Shown: positions 47,813 through 52,197 of the stretch, piece by piece | Layout: every line of letters starts with the position of its first letter | Numbering within the stretch: position 1 is the first letter of the stretch | Origin: a virus | Taxonomy: Duplodnaviria; Caudoviricetes | DNA: 52,197 nt | Virus record (IMG/VR): IMGVR_UViG_3300028025_003950 | Span: 1-52,197 of that record | Strand: one strand, 5' to 3' | Notes under the pieces: model-generated | The model's database searches: none | The model's input: only the letters and a program-made list of their open reading frames with translations | Told to the model about the DNA's origin: nothing | Translations under genes and position numbers: made by a program

Positions 47813-48091
47813 ATGGCAATAAATAAAGGAAAGACTGTTCAGATTCTCAATAGAGTCTTGGCAGTGTTTGCAGCATCAGGTCTGTCGGTAGTTGGTGCGG
47901 GCGCAATCGCTGGCGTCGAACTATGGCAGGCAGTACTGATGGCAGGTATCGGTGGAGTTGCGACTGTGGTTGAGGGGCTAAGTCGTGCTTATCTACAGGA
48001 CGGAAAGCTAACTTCGGAAGAAATTAACGAAGTGTTTAATGCCGTAGATAAGAAGAACTCAGCACGAAAAGCTGCGTCTTCAGGGAACTAG
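47813..48091 (+). CDS. Holin-like membrane protein
   Basis: R..AVF.ASGL..GAGA.AG..L.RA.L.DGKL..EIN..F. Confidence 0.6.
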   Translation: MAINKGKTVQILNRVLAVFAASGLSVVGAGAIAGVELWQAVLMAGIGGVATVVEGLSRAYLQDGKLTSEEINEVFNAVDKKNSARKAASSGN

Positions 48092-48199
48092 AACTGCAAA
48101 CGAGGAGGCTCTGAGGTATTTTTTACCTCGGAGTCTTCTCCATTTTTGGCGCAAAAGAAAACCCCCACATTTCTGCGGGGGCTTTCTTGTTTCTTCCTC

Positions 48200-48397
48200 T
48201 TACGGATAGAGGAGGTCTTTGCAGAACTGGCTCATCTGTTCGACGGGAACTTTGCAAGCCTCTGGAGTTGTTGCGTTGTCTAGGAACGCCCACACTGCTA
48301 GGAACGCTAGGAACAATGCGGTGCCTACTACATAACGCCCACGCTTTGTTAGGCGAACTCCCATTAGGTCTTCTATTAGGTTTATCATTTTTACCAC
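48200..48397 (-). CDS. Single-TM small protein
   Basis: RLT.RG followed by a TM helix; terminator at about 48155-48190. Confidence 0.55.
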   Translation of the reverse strand: MVKMINLIEDLMGVRLTKRGRYVVGTALFLAFLAVWAFLDNATTPEACKVPVEQMSQFCKDLLYP

Positions 48398-48627
48398 TCC
48401 TCCACATTTCTCTCAATGTCGCGAGTCTCGCCACATGTAGGGCATTTCCACTCGTAGTATTCGGTGTCGTGTGCTAATTCAATTTCAACCTCTGCCTCAA
48501 TGTCCTCGACTTCAAACATCTTGCAGTCTTCGTTGTAGCAAGCCTCTGCACGAACTGAGTCGAACGAACGTCCGCCTGCAATTGCGTATTCGTTTCCTGT
48601 TACGCCTTCTGGGTAGTAGCCTGACAT
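48391..48627 (-). CDS. Acidic Zn-ribbon protein
   Basis: YP.GV.G.E..IAG; C....C..CPTCG; cassette-driven. Confidence 0.65.
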   Translation of the reverse strand: MSGYYPEGVTGNEYAIAGGRSFDSVRAEACYNEDCKMFEVEDIEAEVEIELAHDTEYYEWKCPTCGETRDIERNVEEW

Positions 48628-48769
48628 TTTGTTTCCTTTCGTCGTTTCTTGCTTATGGGATAAGTATTTCAACCTTCCTGCACTTTGTCAAGTCTATTCT
48701 GCATTTATTTTTCTCGGCGTGTCGCAAAAGAAAAAGCCCCCCTTGCGGGAGGCTCTCTCTTTGTAAGTC

Positions 48770-49024
48770 TTAGGCTGAGGTAGTTGCTAGGACTGTGACC
48801 TCTTCCTGCTCTTCGTACTTGACCTCTGGGTGGTTCAGAACAATGTCAAGGATTTCCTGAGCACTCATCTCTCGGTGAGGCTCACCACGGGTTTCCTCCA
48901 TGATTACGACCTTCTCGATAGGTGCGGTAGCACCTAGGAGCAACTCACGAACCTGAGCCTTTGTGTCGATAATGTAGTAGTAAGTAGTGCCCTTGATAGT
49001 TACTGCGGTTCCGTATGCTGACAT
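48770..49024 (-). CDS. Hypothetical protein
   Basis: Cassette-driven ATG at 49024. Confidence 0.6.
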   Translation of the reverse strand: MSAYGTAVTIKGTTYYYIIDTKAQVRELLLGATAPIEKVVIMEETRGEPHREMSAQEILDIVLNHPEVKYEEQEEVTVLATTSA

Positions 49025-49177
49025 TTTGTTCCCCGTTTCGTCGTTATGTATAAGCCTTGTGCTTATGGGATAAAGGTAACTACCTTCCTGCACTTTGTCA
49101 AACTGATTTCCCTGCGTGTCGTGTAACAATTTGATAACGAAAAAGCCCCCCTTGCGGAGGGCTCTTCCCGTCAAGTC

Positions 49178-49549
49178 TTAGAAGACTACTTCGATTCGTG
49201 GCTCGATAATCTGCGCCACCTGTTGAACCATCATGCGGATTTGGTCTGCGGTGTCTTGGTCAAGCCCTAAGGTCATGCCCTCGTCATCTGTGCCCCCTGT
49301 GAAGACTACATCTCCGACTGTGTAGTCTGTATGAGCCCCAAACCTCTTGTCCCATGCAAACTGTGCATACGGGTTGTGCGGTAGTCCTATGAGCTTTCCT
49401 TCCTCGTTGAGCCACATAGTGAGAGACTCATCTAGGTCAATAGCCTGCACCCACCCACCTACGGCGGTCTGTAGAGTCTGAAGACTGTCTGCGGTTAGGT
49501 CTAGGTCAATGACCTCACCTGTTGTCTTTATCTGAATTGCTAGTGTCAT
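49178..49549 (-). CDS. DUF3846 family protein
   Basis: LQ.AVGG.., NEEGK...LP.N, D...GD.V..G..D.G. Confidence 0.85.
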   Translation of the reverse strand: MTLAIQIKTTGEVIDLDLTADSLQTLQTAVGGWVQAIDLDESLTMWLNEEGKLIGLPHNPYAQFAWDKRFGAHTDYTVGDVVFTGGTDDEGMTLGLDQDTADQIRMMVQQVAQIIEPRIEVVF

Positions 49550-49554
49550 GCGGA

Positions 49555-49788
49555 TTACCTTTCCTGCCAGTTGTCTTGTTCTATTGCTACTCCCATGCGG
49601 TTGAGGGCTTCGACTGCTTCATCTTCTAAAGCCTTATCTACTGATACATAGGCTTCCTCTTCGTCTGACCATGTATTAGTTTCTATCTCCATGGCTCTGC
49701 GTATCCATTCCCTTGACCCATCACCATCAAACCAAAAGGTCTTGGTTTCGTGGTTGTAGGCAACTACTAGGTGTGTGTGCTTAGGCAC
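49555..49788 (-). CDS. Hypothetical protein
   Basis: After the AACGACGAAGGG RBS cassette. Confidence 0.55.
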   Translation of the reverse strand: MPKHTHLVVAYNHETKTFWFDGDGSREWIRRAMEIETNTWSDEEEAYVSVDKALEDEAVEALNRMGVAIEQDNWQER

Positions 49789-50356
49789 CTTGTGTCCCTT
49801 CGTCGTTTTGTAGGCTTGTCCTACTAATCACAATCATAATACCTACCTGACATTTGTCAAGTCAAGTGACTAGGTGTGTCATCTCTGTGTCTGACTATCA
49901 CCCTAGGTGAGAGAGTGCTAACAACTAAACAACATGTAAAAGACACTAGACATCTTGGCAACTCATGACATCACAACAACCTAACAACATGACTAGTCAT
50001 CACAACATCTCATGCTTGTATAACTTTCTACCTCAATGATTACTTTTGTTTATGCACATAGATTTATTCTTGGCAATCGTCTTTGTTTTGCAGGATAAAA
50101 ACCAGCCAGCGCAACAAAAAACATCATGCAAACAAACACAACAGCAAAAATTACATGACCACGAGCACTTGCAGCAATCGCAGAAAAATCTAGAAAAATA
50201 ACTTGGAAACGATTTGAAAAAGTTTCAAAATATACGGAAGCCGTCTCACAGGCCAAAAGCATTTTAACGTAAAGGTTCAGTAATTCGCCTGCTTCGTACA
50301 ATGATTTAGCTCCTGTTTTCCCGTACGCTTCCGTAAAAACCCTGTACGATAAGTAA

Positions 50357-50854
50357 ATGGACCAGAGAACTCTATTACCGCAGGATGAAGTGGCTTTTAT
50401 TGCTGCTTTGCCGCGCCCCGAAGCTGAGTCCCGCCTACGCTCCCTCTGGGAAGCTGGCTGGTCTTTGCAAGTTCTTGGCAACTCCCTCAACCCTCAACGT
50501 CCGAAGACAACCATTCACTTTTGGGTAAAGCGAGCCACGCCTCTCGAGCAGCAGAGAGCAATCCCTGCTCCTCCACCCAAGTCATTGACGACTTCGGTTC
50601 CCACTAAGTCAGCACCCCGTTTGCGCTCAATCAGCCCAGGAGTCCCTGCAGATATGCGTCAACGCTTGAGGCAGCTAAGTGACCTAGCCAAGCGGTACAG
50701 GGCTAAGACAGCCCCTGACAGCCCATTGGCTCAGGCTAACGATGAGTTGACTTCTATTGCTCGCACACTTCGCTCTATGGGCGTCCCAACCGCTTCTATC
50801 GCTGAGGCCGCAGGAGTTTCCTACCGTGCCATGGCAAGACGGCTGAGCAAGTAA
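50357..50854 (+). CDS. Double helix-turn-helix DNA-binding protein
   Basis: GWSL..LG..TTIH.W and GV..A.IAEAAGVSYRAM.RRL; leaderless TACGAT. Confidence 0.75.
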   Translation: MDQRTLLPQDEVAFIAALPRPEAESRLRSLWEAGWSLQVLGNSLNPQRPKTTIHFWVKRATPLEQQRAIPAPPPKSLTTSVPTKSAPRLRSISPGVPADMRQRLRQLSDLAKRYRAKTAPDSPLAQANDELTSIARTLRSMGVPTASIAEAAGVSYRAMARRLSK

Positions 50855-51186
50855 TGGGCCGTCAATACAAAACACTTACAGGCACTTACAGCGAGGAAGA
50901 CCTTGCCATAGTTGTGTGGGTAAACCCAAAGTCTAAAAGCAATCGTCAGAGTCGCGCTCTTGAAACCATGACCTCTGAGACAAGCAGTTATCCAATGGCG
51001 TTTCCGATTAAGTCCTTGACCTCTAACCGTTCTTGGCGCAACGCAACCCTTGCCCACACAAAAGAGGAAGTCTTCGAGCTAATCCAAAAGACAGAACGCA
51101 CTCGTCCGCTACTCATTCCGCTGAGCGTCGCAAAAATCGCTTTAGGCTGGGAAGAGTTCTACATCCCTTCGGAGTACACCAGCTAA
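50854..51186 (+). CDS. Hypothetical protein
   Basis: TAATG coupling. Confidence 0.55.
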   Translation: MGRQYKTLTGTYSEEDLAIVVWVNPKSKSNRQSRALETMTSETSSYPMAFPIKSLTSNRSWRNATLAHTKEEVFELIQKTERTRPLLIPLSVAKIALGWEEFYIPSEYTS

Positions 51187-51551
51187 TGCGCAAAGCAATC
51201 GATGTCTTTCCAGCTCTTATCAAGCTTGCCCCTCCAGGCTCACTCGAGGACTTTACCCAACTACAGACAAAAGGCGACGCTCCTCAGGGGACACGCCGTG
51301 TAGATAGAAGCAGAGCTGTAGTTATTAATAACATTCTCATCATTGCTCAAGACGCTCCAGAAGGCCCTACAGTGGTTTTTAAAGAGCAGGTCGAGGATAT
51401 GAGCCAAGAAGGCAAAACAAGCCACATTTTGACTGTCTCAGGCAAAATCATTGCCATAACCAAAGACGACAACTGCGGGTGCGGCTCCAGGCTTAGAGGC
51501 TGGAATCCCTACGGTTCTGCCGTCGTAATGTCTAGCGAGGACCCTTCATGA
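51186..51551 (+). CDS. Hypothetical protein with CGCGS.L..W.P motif
   Basis: TAATG coupling. Confidence 0.6.
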   Translation: MRKAIDVFPALIKLAPPGSLEDFTQLQTKGDAPQGTRRVDRSRAVVINNILIIAQDAPEGPTVVFKEQVEDMSQEGKTSHILTVSGKIIAITKDDNCGCGSRLRGWNPYGSAVVMSSEDPS

Positions 51552-51835
51552 TTGGTTGGTTTGAGTTTGCAGTACTAGGACTGGCGACCTATCGCATTAC
51601 TAGACTAATAACGCGAGACGTTATTACTGAGGGCTTCCGTAATTGGTGGTGGAAGCACTTCCCGCCAGAGACAAAAAAGCTTGGGTACCTGCTAACCTGC
51701 GAGTGGTGTTTATCGCTTTGGATAGCATCAGTTCTTACAGTCTTTGCTATCATTACTACAGTAACTATTGCTGTGGCTTTGGTATTCGCCTTATCCGCAG
51801 TGGCAGGGCTGTTAACTGCGTATGAGGATAAGTAA
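51548..51835 (+). CDS. DUF1360 family membrane protein
   Basis: LA.YR.TRL...D.I...R, YL..C.WC.S.W. Confidence 0.85.
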   Translation: MIGWFEFAVLGLATYRITRLITRDVITEGFRNWWWKHFPPETKKLGYLLTCEWCLSLWIASVLTVFAIITTVTIAVALVFALSAVAGLLTAYEDK

Positions 51836-51874
51836 CTTCATGCTCCGTAACAAACATGACGAGGAGAATCGCCA

Positions 51875-52197
51875 ATGAGCGTATTCAAAAAAGAAGAGCC
51901 AGCAGTAGAGTCAGCGACTCCTGCTACTACGCCGAAGCCTCGTAAAAAGCGTTCAACTAATCGCTCCACTCAGGTAGTTATAAAGCAGCAGGCCCCAAAG
52001 CCATCTGGTCTTTCATCAATCTTTACTTCAAACTCAAACACTCCACAACCTCTTTCTTACAACACTCCACGCTCTATGACTGCTGCCGCTGCGCAGGTAA
52101 AGGTCAACGACAAGGGAGAATTTGAGCAGTTTAAGACTCGTCGTCACGCATCTTCATCAGCATGGCAGGCAGAGGCTTGGGAGTATTACGACGCAAT
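51875..52197 (+). CDS. Portal protein N-terminus (truncated by window end)
   Basis: RSMTAAAA..WQ.EAWEYYD motif of actinophage portals; follows the DUF1360 gene. Confidence 0.7.
   Translation, partial: MSVFKKEEPAVESATPATTPKPRKKRSTNRSTQVVIKQQAPKPSGLSSIFTSNSNTPQPLSYNTPRSMTAAAAQVKVNDKGEFEQFKTRRHASSSAWQAEAWEYYDA

Larger units (their letters stand above)
32841..49880. promoter_or_regulatory. Array of about 15 related sigmaA-type promoter cassettes
   Basis: Recurrent CGACACGCCGA, TTGACA/TTGCA, TGCAGGAAGG, TAnnnT and AACGACGAAAGGA elements in front of small genes. Confidence 0.85.

Noticed and set aside
32841-49880. CRISPR array or integron attC cassette array
   Set aside because: The repeats are short degenerate promoter/RBS motifs at irregular spacing; no cas or integrase gene and no attC-type palindromes

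Overview
A 52 kb segment of a large tailed dsDNA phage whose host is most likely an actinobacterium. Support for the host call: DUF3039-, NrdH- and DUF1360-like genes, an actinophage-type portal N-terminus and many leaderless promoters. The left part (1-27 kb, mostly minus strand) carries tail-fibre/collagen genes, glycan-modifying enzymes, four canonical tRNAs plus one aberrant tRNA-like RNA, five cell-wall hydrolases and nucleotide metabolism genes (class II AdoCbl-dependent RNR, NrdH, dCMP deaminase). It also carries an apparent vitamin B12 capture/activation operon: a DUF4430/SCO2322-like exported protein, a 54-aa membrane microprotein and a PduO adenosyltransferase. The 27.6-32.5 kb stretch has an AT-rich strand-switch region, a small-terminase-like gene, a long AT-rich palindrome and phased CGG repeats. 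The 32.8-49.9 kb stretch is an 'early' island of small genes driven by about 15 recurring promoter cassettes (CGACACGCCGA, -35, TGCAGGAAGG box, -10, AACGACGAAAGGA). It includes a MoxR ATPase/HExxH-vWA pair, a proteasome-beta-like protease, a Cys-based phosphatase, a lytic transglycosylase and many Zn-binding microproteins. The window ends with a skewed non-coding tract and the start of the portal gene. GATC and CCGG appear to be avoided throughout. All family assignments are from motif recognition by eye; no database search was run.
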